A stretch of 58,187 nucleotides of DNA from a virus (taxonomy: Duplodnaviria; Caudoviricetes), in the IMG/VR virus record IMGVR_UViG_3300021197_000536, positions 1 through 58,187 of that record. One strand, given 5' to 3'. Within the stretch, counting starts at the first letter, position 1, and each line of letters starts with the position of its first letter. The notes under the pieces are model-generated. The model made no database searches. It had not been told where the DNA came from and was given only the letters and a program-made list of their open reading frames with translations. Both the position numbers and the translations under genes were made by a program. Shown here in pieces: positions 36,276 to 43,948 of this stretch.

Positions 36276-36689
36276 TCAACCCTCCAGTATAACTAGCTGC
36301 ATCTTTAACCAGAGTGATGCAACGAGACCCACAAGGGATGTTACAAGCGCTGTAGACATACCAGAGGCTAACGTACTAATAGCCTGTGTCATGCTCTCTA
36401 TGGAGCTTGTATCGATGTCTCCGAAGCTCTGGCCTAGGACCAATAAGAATCCGAAGAGAGTACCAACCATACCGATAGATAGCACTGCATCAGAGGCAAA
36501 CCAGTGTACGTCGGTCTGCTTGAAGAGCATTGAAGCTGTAGCTATGAGCGAGATAGCTATGATGACAAAGGAGAGGTACGTGCTGTCTGCCTCTAGGAGT
36601 AACCCAGCCAGTCCAAAGAAGTACTGACCGAGGGCTAGGCCCAGGAGACCTACATTAACGGTGAACCACCAAAACCAAGTTCTAAGCAT
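36276..36689 (-). CDS. minimal MotA/TolQ/ExbB proton-channel family protein
   Basis: IGMVGTLFGF...GMSTALVTSLVGL, the two conserved channel helices. Confidence 0.8.
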   Translation of the reverse strand: MLRTWFWWFTVNVGLLGLALGQYFFGLAGLLLEADSTYLSFVIIAISLIATASMLFKQTDVHWFASDAVLSIGMVGTLFGFLLVLGQSFGDIDTSSIESMTQAISTLASGMSTALVTSLVGLVASLWLKMQLVILEG

Positions 36690-36690
36690 C

Positions 36691-37347
36691 TCAGTATCCT
36701 TTCTTGAGTAGGCTCAACCGAAGTGGGTCAGCAACCCGTTCGTAAAGCCACAGGTCAGGCAACTCCACCGACTTTGAGTACTGCCCATCAACCATTCTAA
36801 ACAGCTTCAAATCATCTTGGTCAAGTATCAAGAAGGTCTTAGCGTCTGTGATAGTCGATACAATGTACATAAGCTGGTATGTGTAGCCCATAGTGAACAT
36901 GTAGTTAGATGTGAGTGTACCAATAAGCTGGCCTGACTTAAGACCCTCGTTGTGAGTACCTGCGCTGGGTGACCAAGCTACGTGGAAGCCTAGGATACCA
37001 TCCATCTGTAGGTTCGGGGCTCCAAGCAGAGCTACGGCACAGGCACTGAGGCAAACATCACCGTCTTTGACAACAGCGGTGGCGTTCTTATCACGTAGTA
37101 GGATACCGATACGGAACCCTTCGGCAGCAGCACCACCGTTGGAGTTCAAGTAGACCGTATTGGCACCTGATGCTTCCATTGCAGACTTGAGTCTCTTAGA
37201 GTCTCCTTCTTCGACGGTACCTTCAAAGGAGATAGTGTTGGAGTCCAAAGTTCGTATAGTAGAAGCCGTGGCAGCCGTGGTGCTGTAGATAAGTACCATT
37301 ATTAGTATTGCATTAGCAACTAGCATCTGTATAACTGGATTCTTCAT
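36691..37347 (-). CDS. exported ClpP/crotonase-fold protein (COG3904-like)
   Basis: Signal peptide; VYLNSNGG, CLSACAVALLGA, LGFH. Confidence 0.7.
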   Translation of the reverse strand: MKNPVIQMLVANAILIMVLIYSTTAATASTIRTLDSNTISFEGTVEEGDSKRLKSAMEASGANTVYLNSNGGAAAEGFRIGILLRDKNATAVVKDGDVCLSACAVALLGAPNLQMDGILGFHVAWSPSAGTHNEGLKSGQLIGTLTSNYMFTMGYTYQLMYIVSTITDAKTFLILDQDDLKLFRMVDGQYSKSVELPDLWLYERVADPLRLSLLKKGY

Positions 37348-37598
37348 AGTTTATCCTTTCCTTCTAGTTGATTGATCCTCATTTCAGAGTACCTAATCAC
37401 TTTCTGAAGGTCTATGATCTCAGATTCCATTTGAGTCTTACCTTCGTATAACTTGTAGCCAGCACGTGAGGCGTACTTCACGATGTTGCCTCGCCAGAAC
37501 TCGAAGCCATTCATCATGATGTAGGTGATAGGTTCGATGACCCATCGTGCGTAGTGCTTAGGCTCCGCTACAATGTCTTTATTCTTCTTAGTAGCCAT
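37344..37598 (-). CDS. DUF3310-like protein (T7 gp1.7-related)
   Basis: PKHY...IEPI...GNIVKYASRAGYK...DLQK; ATG 37598. Confidence 0.75.
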   Translation of the reverse strand: MATKKNKDIVAEPKHYARWVIEPITYIMMNGFEFWRGNIVKYASRAGYKLYEGKTQMESEIIDLQKVIRYSEMRINQLEGKDKL

Positions 37599-38305
37599 TA
37601 TAGCTTCTCCTCGTAAAATACTCTGACCCACTGTGCACAGATACCTGAGCGAACGATATCGTTTAGGTTGAACTCAACGATAGGGATAGGTAGCATATGC
37701 TTCTTAGCAAGGTGTGTGATCTTAGTAAGACCGTCACCGTCCTTCAAGTCAGTCTGCTGTACGTCACCATTAAGTACAATAGTGGAGCCTTCTCCAACTC
37801 GTGTGAGCAGCATCTTAAGTTCGTGGAGTGTGATGTTCTGAGCCTCGTCACAGATGATGAAAGCGTCATCGAAGCTACGTCCTCGCATCAAAGCAAGAGG
37901 TACCATCTCAATGTTGCCTGCCTTAACCCCAGTCTCCACAGCACCTTTACCTAAGTGCTTAGTGAGTACGTCGAGTACAGGTAGGGCCCAGGGGGCTGTC
38001 TTCTCACTAAGGTCCCCAGGGAGGATACCGATTTCCTTACCTACTGATACCATAGGTCGGGTGATGATGATCTTGTTGATATCCTTAGTTGTGTACAGGT
38101 CAGCAGCCAGAGTAGTGGTTACGTAGGTCTTACCGGTGCCTGCGGGTCCGAATACAATAACCTGAGAAGAGGAGTTGATAGCTTTGATGAGCTCCCCTTG
38201 GTTCTCAGTCTTAGGGACAATGCCTGACGTCTTCTTCTTAACAGCCCCTTTATATGTAGTCTCCCTCTTTCCTCTTGTTTTAGGCTTGGGTTTCTGTTGC
38301 ACCAT
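37598..38305 (-). CDS. phoH: PhoH-family ATPase
   Basis: GPAGTGKT, GILPGD, MRGRSF, DEAQN, LTRVGEGS, GDVQQTD, DIVRS. Confidence 0.95.
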   Translation of the reverse strand: MVQQKPKPKTRGKRETTYKGAVKKKTSGIVPKTENQGELIKAINSSSQVIVFGPAGTGKTYVTTTLAADLYTTKDINKIIITRPMVSVGKEIGILPGDLSEKTAPWALPVLDVLTKHLGKGAVETGVKAGNIEMVPLALMRGRSFDDAFIICDEAQNITLHELKMLLTRVGEGSTIVLNGDVQQTDLKDGDGLTKITHLAKKHMLPIPIVEFNLNDIVRSGICAQWVRVFYEEKL

Positions 38306-38332
38306 CTGGTATGACTCCTATTCTTGTTGTTA

Positions 38333-38360
38333 AAAAGGGAGACTCCTTTCGGAACCTCCC
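38333..38360 (-). terminator. intrinsic terminator after nrdJ
   Basis: GGGAGGTTCC-GAAA-GGAGTCTCCC-TTTTT on -. Confidence 0.8.
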
Positions 38361-38362
38361 AT

Positions 38363-38392
38363 ATAGTAGCACAGATTGTAGTAGTTTGTCAA
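38363..38392 (-). promoter_or_regulatory. promoter for the phoH-to-clpP operon
   Basis: TTGACA-18 bp-TACTAT on -, extended -10 TG. Confidence 0.6.
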
Positions 38393-40284
38393 GTTAGATC
38401 AACAATCTCACATACATCCCCGGAGCAGGCCAGGGTCTGGCTACCTGCTGTATTGTCTTCACTCTCGTACTCTGCTAGCTTCTCCCAGTCGATAGACTTA
38501 GGCATAAACTTAGACATAGTAAGATAGTCCGACCTACTGATATCCTGGTAAGGCGCTTGTTGGTATGTGTGCTCACTGAAGGGTAAGAACGACACACCTG
38601 ACATCTCATCGAAGTACTTGTACACGAAGGCACCCACCTCGAACCACTCGTCAGACTTGACGTTGATCGTGACGCTAGGCTTGTGCTCACACCAGTAGCG
38701 CTGGTACATCAGCCACATCTCTAGCTGCTCGATTGCAGTCAGGTCAGCAGTAACTACAGCACCCTTCGGTGCCTTCACAGGGAAGCTAAAGACTGTAGTC
38801 TGATCAGGCTTGAACGCTTCAGGCTCGTTAGGGATACCTTGGTCCTTCATGAACTGTGTCATGGGGTCCTTGTTATCGCCACGAACAGTTCGGATATAGT
38901 ACTTACTGTGACGGGCGTGAATACCAGAAGCGCTGTCCACGAGTTGAGAGACAGTACCCGAAGGCTTAACGCAAGTAATAGCAGCAGCAACAGGAATACC
39001 AAGGCGGTCAGCCCACTCTGCGTTTGTAGCCACAGCAACAGACTTGAGGTGTTCAAGGGTATTCTCCAATCCTTTGTTCTTAGCTGTCATCAAGTGGTTA
39101 TCCATGATGCCTGTCAGAGACACACCAAGTAGACGCTCCTCTTCAGTGTTATCCGCCCACTTCTTACGAAGGTAAGGGAACTTAGTGTACGTAGATTGGA
39201 TTGTACCCAGGATAGTAGCTAAGCGAACCTTCTCTGAGAGAGACTCGATATCGTCAGTAGCACGTACCACACACTCCGTTAGGTTACAGAATTGTGCTGG
39301 ACGTAAGATGATCTCGCTGCACGGGTTGGTCCCGAAGTCGTAGTCAGGGTCACGTCGTCCGCTCTTAGCTGCCTGTGCCTTGGATGCTTGACGGTTGAAG
39401 ACACCACGTTCACCTGATCCACTCTCTGCAAGTGCCATCCACTCGCGCATGAATGACATAGCATCAGGCTTCTCTGTGTATGACACACTGTTGTTAGCCA
39501 AAGCACGTTGTGGATTGTTCTCCCACCATTGACCGGACTTAGCGTGACGCATACGGTCGTCTGACAAGTTAGACAAGCTGATCATAGCAGAACGACGTAC
39601 ACCGCCAACGACTACAACCTCACCAATCTTACACATGACGTCGTGTACCTCAAGAGAGGAGAGCTTACGACCTTGTGCACCCTTGAATGTGGTGATAGCG
39701 AAGTTGAACAGGTCAACTAGGGGCGCTGGGCCTGATGCTCGACCACCAAAGGTCTTAAGGGGTGCTCCTGCTGGACGTACACGAGACACGTCCCACGTCG
39801 GCACCTCGCCTGAGTACAGTAGTGCGATAAGCTGGCGCAGTGCCTTAGCCCAGCCTTCCTTGCTATCCTTAACCACGATGTTTGTCTCACTCTCGAAGAG
39901 CTGTGGTACCTCAGGTAGCTTGCTGACGTACTGACGCTCAACGGAGAAGCCTACACCTGTACCACAAAGCAAGATGAACATGGCCTCGTCGAAGGCCTTG
40001 ATGTCGTCTACAGCTAAGTAGCTACAGTTGTACATGCAAGTGTTGTCACGGTTAGCTGCTGGACCTGCTGTCATCAGTGATCGCATACTTGGCATCACAC
40101 CTAGGCCTAGGACAGCCTGTTCGATCTCGCCATAAGTCTTCTTATCGACCTTGTCCCCTACTACGTTAGACATGAAGCGCTCGATGGTTTCTGACCAGCT
40201 CTCACGGCCCTTGCCATCTACGTATTTAGCGTATCGTGACTTGTGGATGAAGGATTGATAGTCTGTAGGTAGTTGATTGCTCAT
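38389..40284 (-). CDS. nrdJ: class II (adenosylcobalamin-dependent) ribonucleotide reductase, monomeric RTPR type
   Basis: YNCS, GGVRRSA, TNPCSEI, FCNLTE, TCVKPSGTVSQL, C-terminal ACSGDVC; no beta-subunit gene. Confidence 0.93.
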   Translation of the reverse strand: MSNQLPTDYQSFIHKSRYAKYVDGKGRESWSETIERFMSNVVGDKVDKKTYGEIEQAVLGLGVMPSMRSLMTAGPAANRDNTCMYNCSYLAVDDIKAFDEAMFILLCGTGVGFSVERQYVSKLPEVPQLFESETNIVVKDSKEGWAKALRQLIALLYSGEVPTWDVSRVRPAGAPLKTFGGRASGPAPLVDLFNFAITTFKGAQGRKLSSLEVHDVMCKIGEVVVVGGVRRSAMISLSNLSDDRMRHAKSGQWWENNPQRALANNSVSYTEKPDAMSFMREWMALAESGSGERGVFNRQASKAQAAKSGRRDPDYDFGTNPCSEIILRPAQFCNLTECVVRATDDIESLSEKVRLATILGTIQSTYTKFPYLRKKWADNTEEERLLGVSLTGIMDNHLMTAKNKGLENTLEHLKSVAVATNAEWADRLGIPVAAAITCVKPSGTVSQLVDSASGIHARHSKYYIRTVRGDNKDPMTQFMKDQGIPNEPEAFKPDQTTVFSFPVKAPKGAVVTADLTAIEQLEMWLMYQRYWCEHKPSVTINVKSDEWFEVGAFVYKYFDEMSGVSFLPFSEHTYQQAPYQDISRSDYLTMSKFMPKSIDWEKLAEYESEDNTAGSQTLACSGDVCEIVDLT

Positions 40285-40460
40285 TAGCCGCGTCCTCGCA
40301 TTGTTTTATCTTCCTTTAGCCACACCATACGGTCAATATCCGCACGGTTGAGGCCTATGTCTTTAAGCTCCCTGTCACTCAGTCTGTTGAGTGTTTTGAT
40401 TGTATTACGGTGCTCTGTCCTTGTCGACAGGTAGTTCATTAGCCGCCATAGCTTCTTCAT
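40284..40460 (-). CDS. DUF1127 (YjiS/CcaF1-like) small protein, 58 aa (not in ORF track)
   Basis: LNRLSDRELKDIGLNRADI signature; ATGA and TAATG coupling on both sides. Confidence 0.85.
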   Translation of the reverse strand: MKKLWRLMNYLSTRTEHRNTIKTLNRLSDRELKDIGLNRADIDRMVWLKEDKTMRGRG

Positions 40461-40786
40461 CGTGTATCTCCACTTCCTCGTAATGTTCCTCGCCGTTCAC
40501 GGCCATCTAACTTGTCTATATTAACTTCTACTACTTCTTCTAACGATCCATCAAAGTAGTTGGCTAGTGCAGTGGCGTAGAAGACTACATCACCCAGTTC
40601 CTTGATGATCTCGTCCCTGTCAACCTTAGTGGAGTCTCGGATCAGCTTCTTAACCTTCTCGGCTACCTCTCCAGCCTCCCCTACTAGGCCCAGAGTGTTC
40701 TCTACGAGCCTAGCGTCTCCTTCCGTTAACATCTTAGCCTCTACCCAGTACGAGTAGTCCATTGTTGTCGGTGAAGTGTTACTCAT
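40457..40786 (-). CDS. mazG: MazG-like NTP pyrophosphohydrolase
   Basis: LGLVGEAGEVAEKVKK...ELGDVVFY...GSGD. Confidence 0.9.
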   Translation of the reverse strand: MSNTSPTTMDYSYWVEAKMLTEGDARLVENTLGLVGEAGEVAEKVKKLIRDSTKVDRDEIIKELGDVVFYATALANYFDGSLEEVVEVNIDKLDGRERRGTLRGSGDTR

Positions 40787-40949
40787 TAGGTACCTCAGTT
40801 ACTTCAGTTTCTATTACTACGATGTCGTCACAATCGTACATGGCAGCGTGTATAAGCTCCAGTACACTAGACTCCCGTGCGCTTGGGTCTAGGCTGTATG
40901 TGAACAGATCAAGGTCCACTTTTACCCGCATTGTTACCTCAAACTCCAT
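40779..40949 (-). CDS. hypothetical protein, 56 aa
   Basis: ATG 40949 after GGAGGG; MEFEVTMRVKVD... Confidence 0.6.
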   Translation of the reverse strand: MEFEVTMRVKVDLDLFTYSLDPSARESSVLELIHAAMYDCDDIVVIETEVTEVPNE

Positions 40950-41727
40950 TGTGCCCTCCATACTCTTTCTTAAGTGCCTCCAGTGATACCCACTGCGGCT
41001 CGTACATCCCGTCTTGGATGTTACGCTTGATGAGCACACCTTTCCACCACTCCTTGTTGGCTTGACCAGCCCAGGACTCAGGGGCACCCTTATAACAACC
41101 GACCACTGCGCCGATGGCACCCTTAGCACCTACGTCATCCTTGAAGTACATGTCACGCTTGTGGCTGTGACCTACACTAGCTGAGCGGTAGCGTTTCTGG
41201 ATGAGAGCGTAGGCGTGGTGGACACCACTGATTGCACGACCAAAGTTACCAGCGCCGATGTAGTGGGCGTAGTCAACTCCGTCATAGTTGTGGATGGCAG
41301 GGGCTCCGTTTGTGTATTCGTGGTACTCGTCAAACCATCGCTTCGTGTTTAAGTGCTTGAAGGAGATGCCGTACTTGTCCCCTTCTAGGCGTGGGTCATA
41401 CGAGATAGCAGTCTTGATACGTGCCTCATGGTTACCCTCGAAGCCGTACCAAGCTGGACGCTTACGACGATTCTTAGAGAACCGATAGCGAAGCAACTCC
41501 TGAGACTCATTGTAGGACTCGATGTCTCGTTCGTAACTCTGAGATACGACAGCCTCTGGTTTCCGTGTATCGTAGGAGTTTAAGGACTTTATGTCAGCGC
41601 CATCACCTAGGTCTACACAGTAGTCTGGTTTGATGTCGTAGATGAGACCACCTAACCAATCGAAGCGCTCGTTGCTTGTCTCAGGGGATGCGTGTCCACA
41701 GGACCATACTATCGCTGTCTTAGTCAT
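40939..41727 (-). CDS. calcineurin-like metallophosphoesterase
   Basis: DLGDGAD, EGNHE, GHSH motifs; start MTKTAIV at 41727. Confidence 0.88.
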   Translation of the reverse strand: MTKTAIVWSCGHASPETSNERFDWLGGLIYDIKPDYCVDLGDGADIKSLNSYDTRKPEAVVSQSYERDIESYNESQELLRYRFSKNRRKRPAWYGFEGNHEARIKTAISYDPRLEGDKYGISFKHLNTKRWFDEYHEYTNGAPAIHNYDGVDYAHYIGAGNFGRAISGVHHAYALIQKRYRSASVGHSHKRDMYFKDDVGAKGAIGAVVGCYKGAPESWAGQANKEWWKGVLIKRNIQDGMYEPQWVSLEALKKEYGGHNGV

Positions 41728-42127
41728 TCTTCTTTCCTTCCTTAAGCCACTCGTCTGGAATGGTCTTGTCTGAGTATAGAAAGCCGTTCTTGTCACACCA
41801 ATCTCCGTAGGTGCTCTTAGCCCCTTTATAGAGCTTGGCTCGTGAGTTACTGAAAACGAAGCGTATGTCCTTATCGGGGTACTGCTTCTTGATCTCCTTG
41901 TGTTTGCGTCTATCAGAAGATACAAACCGTCCTTTAGTCTCTATGATGATACCGTTGCTTAACACGAAGTCAGGTGTGTACGTTCTCTCCTTGCTGTCAA
42001 GCCACTTTATCTTATCCTCTTCGTAGGTAAAGCTAACACCTCTTTCCTTGAGGTTATTAGCCAGCCCTTCTTCTAGACCTGATCGATACCCTGCTGCTAT
42101 TCCATGAAATCTGCTACGTTTAGCCAT
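41720..42127 (-). CDS. endonuclease I / Holliday junction resolvase (T7 gp3-like)
   Basis: YRSGLEE, YTPDF, IIIETKGRF, DIRFVFSNS. Confidence 0.93.
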   Translation of the reverse strand: MAKRSRFHGIAAGYRSGLEEGLANNLKERGVSFTYEEDKIKWLDSKERTYTPDFVLSNGIIIETKGRFVSSDRRKHKEIKKQYPDKDIRFVFSNSRAKLYKGAKSTYGDWCDKNGFLYSDKTIPDEWLKEGKKND

Positions 42128-42984
42128 TAAAAGTCTTCAACCTCCGGAACATTAAGCTTCTTCTTAACCTCAGTCAGGTAAGTAGGACCGTGTGAGTAAG
42201 CGAACATCTTGAGGCCAGGCCAGCAAGCTTTCTTGAACTCGCAATAGGAGCACTCCATCTTCAACTTACGATTAGGAGATGTCTTGCTCTGTGGTTCGTC
42301 CTCATACTCGCGAGGTGGTGGGGTCTTCTTAGCTACCATAGTCTTGATAGCCTCGATCTCCTCAGCCTTAGTCTTAAGCTCTTCGGTGAAGTCATACATG
42401 TCTAAGCAGATGTGACCGTTGACCTTATCGATAACTAGGAAGGCACCGTGTGTCTTGTCAGTAACGAGTGGGTCATCTTTAGCTGCGTAGACGTAGGATG
42501 ATAGTTGTGAGATGTAACCGAAGGGGTCTTGCTCACGTAGGTTACCTTCTTTGAACTTCTTGAAGGAGTAAGGTGATGCTGACTTAACGTCAACAGTCAT
42601 ACCATCAATTACGCAGTCTCGGCTACCCTTGATACCGTGGGCTGACATACGATCCTGTTGGCCCTCTACCTTATGCCCTGCTTGTAGTGCGATGGCTAGT
42701 GCAAGCTCTTCGATCATATCACCGAAGTTGAACTTGAGCAGTGCGTTGGCCTGCAGTGGTTCAGCTAGGTTAGTCTGGTTGATCTTGTACCAGAGCTTAC
42801 GAGAACACGGGGTGCCCAGCGACGACATAGACAAGTAGCCGCGAGGTTCCGATGGTTTACCGAAACGATCAGCAACGATGTCTGAGTAGTTAGCAGCCAT
42901 CTGATCACCGATAGCTTTGTCCCACCCTTTGTTGCCGTAGATCACGTCTTCCATGTCTTCAACGAGTGTTGATATATCTTTCAT
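42127..42984 (-). CDS. PD-(D/E)xK (Cas4/RecB-like) exonuclease
   Basis: SSLGTPCSRKLWY, D...DVKS, QLSSY, CSYCEFKKACW. Confidence 0.85.
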   Translation of the reverse strand: MKDISTLVEDMEDVIYGNKGWDKAIGDQMAANYSDIVADRFGKPSEPRGYLSMSSLGTPCSRKLWYKINQTNLAEPLQANALLKFNFGDMIEELALAIALQAGHKVEGQQDRMSAHGIKGSRDCVIDGMTVDVKSASPYSFKKFKEGNLREQDPFGYISQLSSYVYAAKDDPLVTDKTHGAFLVIDKVNGHICLDMYDFTEELKTKAEEIEAIKTMVAKKTPPPREYEDEPQSKTSPNRKLKMECSYCEFKKACWPGLKMFAYSHGPTYLTEVKKKLNVPEVEDF

Positions 42985-43004
42985 CTAAGTCTCCTAATTA
43001 TCGA

Positions 43005-43032
43005 GGAAAGAAGGGGCCCCGAAAGGCCCCTC
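43005..43032 (-). terminator. intrinsic terminator
   Basis: GAGGGGCC-TTTCGG-GGCCCCTT then CTTTCC on -. Confidence 0.7.
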
Positions 43033-43042
43033 TGTGTTTCTC

Positions 43043-43588
43043 TTAAAAAGGAATCTCTCCTGGAGAGACCTTAGCTGCGGGTGGTGGAGCCTTGGGGCTT
43101 GCTGCGGCAGACCCCGATGTGTAATCTCGAGGTTTAACACCTGCTGAAGGTCCACCTCCTCCGTCTGACTCGAACACTACATGGTCAATGACTTGGACCC
43201 CGTTGAGGCGGCAACCTTTGCCCATCTTAGTGTCGTAGACGTCGAGGAAGACAACACCGATAGATCCGTTACCGATCATACCGTCTTCGTCTGACCATGT
43301 GTCACCGCTTGGTGTGAAGACCTTAGGTGGACCGGCTGCCCACTCACGGTCAAACTTATCTTTCCAAGGACGCTTGAACTTGACCCGTGTGCCTCGGCCC
43401 TCTGGATCAGGTTTGCCTTGTTTACGGACACCTGCGTCCTTCATTGCTTTGAAGGTTTCATCATCCATAATAAGGTCAACGGTAGTAGCGCCATCTGTCT
43501 CGATGTCAAACTCTCCGTTATCTCGGTTACCCTCGAATAGCTTAGCCCACTCGAGTGTTCCGTGAAGTTCTATAGTTTTAGTAGCCAT
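43043..43588 (-). CDS. putative single-stranded DNA-binding protein (gp2.5-like)
   Basis: WAKLF, IGNGS, GVQVIDHV; C-terminal EIPF; replication cluster. Confidence 0.75.
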   Translation of the reverse strand: MATKTIELHGTLEWAKLFEGNRDNGEFDIETDGATTVDLIMDDETFKAMKDAGVRKQGKPDPEGRGTRVKFKRPWKDKFDREWAAGPPKVFTPSGDTWSDEDGMIGNGSIGVVFLDVYDTKMGKGCRLNGVQVIDHVVFESDGGGGPSAGVKPRDYTSGSAAASPKAPPPAAKVSPGEIPF

Positions 43589-43616
43589 TTTTGTATCTCT
43601 CCATACGTTGTAAGGT

Positions 43617-43638
43617 AAACTAGGCCCGAAGGCCTAGC
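43617..43638 (-). terminator. hairpin/terminator with UUCG loop
   Basis: CTAGGCC-TTCG-GGCCTAG-TTT on -. Confidence 0.65.
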
Positions 43639-43657
43639 TAGTTGTTATACTTTCAGC

Positions 43658-43873
43658 TTATACTGACTGATCTTCGTCAGGGGCGTTAGCTGCCTCAGTC
43701 ATAATGTCGAGGACATGCTGTGATGCAGGAGCTTGGCCTGTGCACTGGGAGAAGGTATATACCCACTCACCTTGGATAATCTCGACTGTGTTCTCACACG
43801 TGAAGGCTGAAGCTGTAGAAGCTGCGAAGATAGCTGCTGCTGCGAGGGAAGATACTGTAAGTGTCTTAATCAT
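43658..43873 (-). CDS. small secreted protein with a Cys pair
   Basis: Signal peptide MIKTLTVSSLAAAAIFAASTASA|; own promoter and terminator. Confidence 0.7.
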   Translation of the reverse strand: MIKTLTVSSLAAAAIFAASTASAFTCENTVEIIQGEWVYTFSQCTGQAPASQHVLDIMTEAANAPDEDQSV

Positions 43874-43914
43874 GGTTAGTTCCTTTCTGAGAACTATGGG
43901 TTTGTAATGTGGTA

Positions 43915-43943
43915 ATTCTAGCATACCGAAAGCACGGTGTCAA
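43915..43943 (-). promoter_or_regulatory. sigma70-type promoter
   Basis: TTGACA-17 bp-TAGAAT on -, extended -10 TG. Confidence 0.75.
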
Positions 43944-43948
43944 GAACA

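Noticed and set aside
35248-36689. Complete Zorya defence system
   Set aside because: No long ZorA tail, no OmpA-like domain in the B subunit, no zorC/D/E genes
42127-42984. Cas4 of a CRISPR system
   Set aside because: No array or other cas genes; it sits in the replication module as the usual exonuclease
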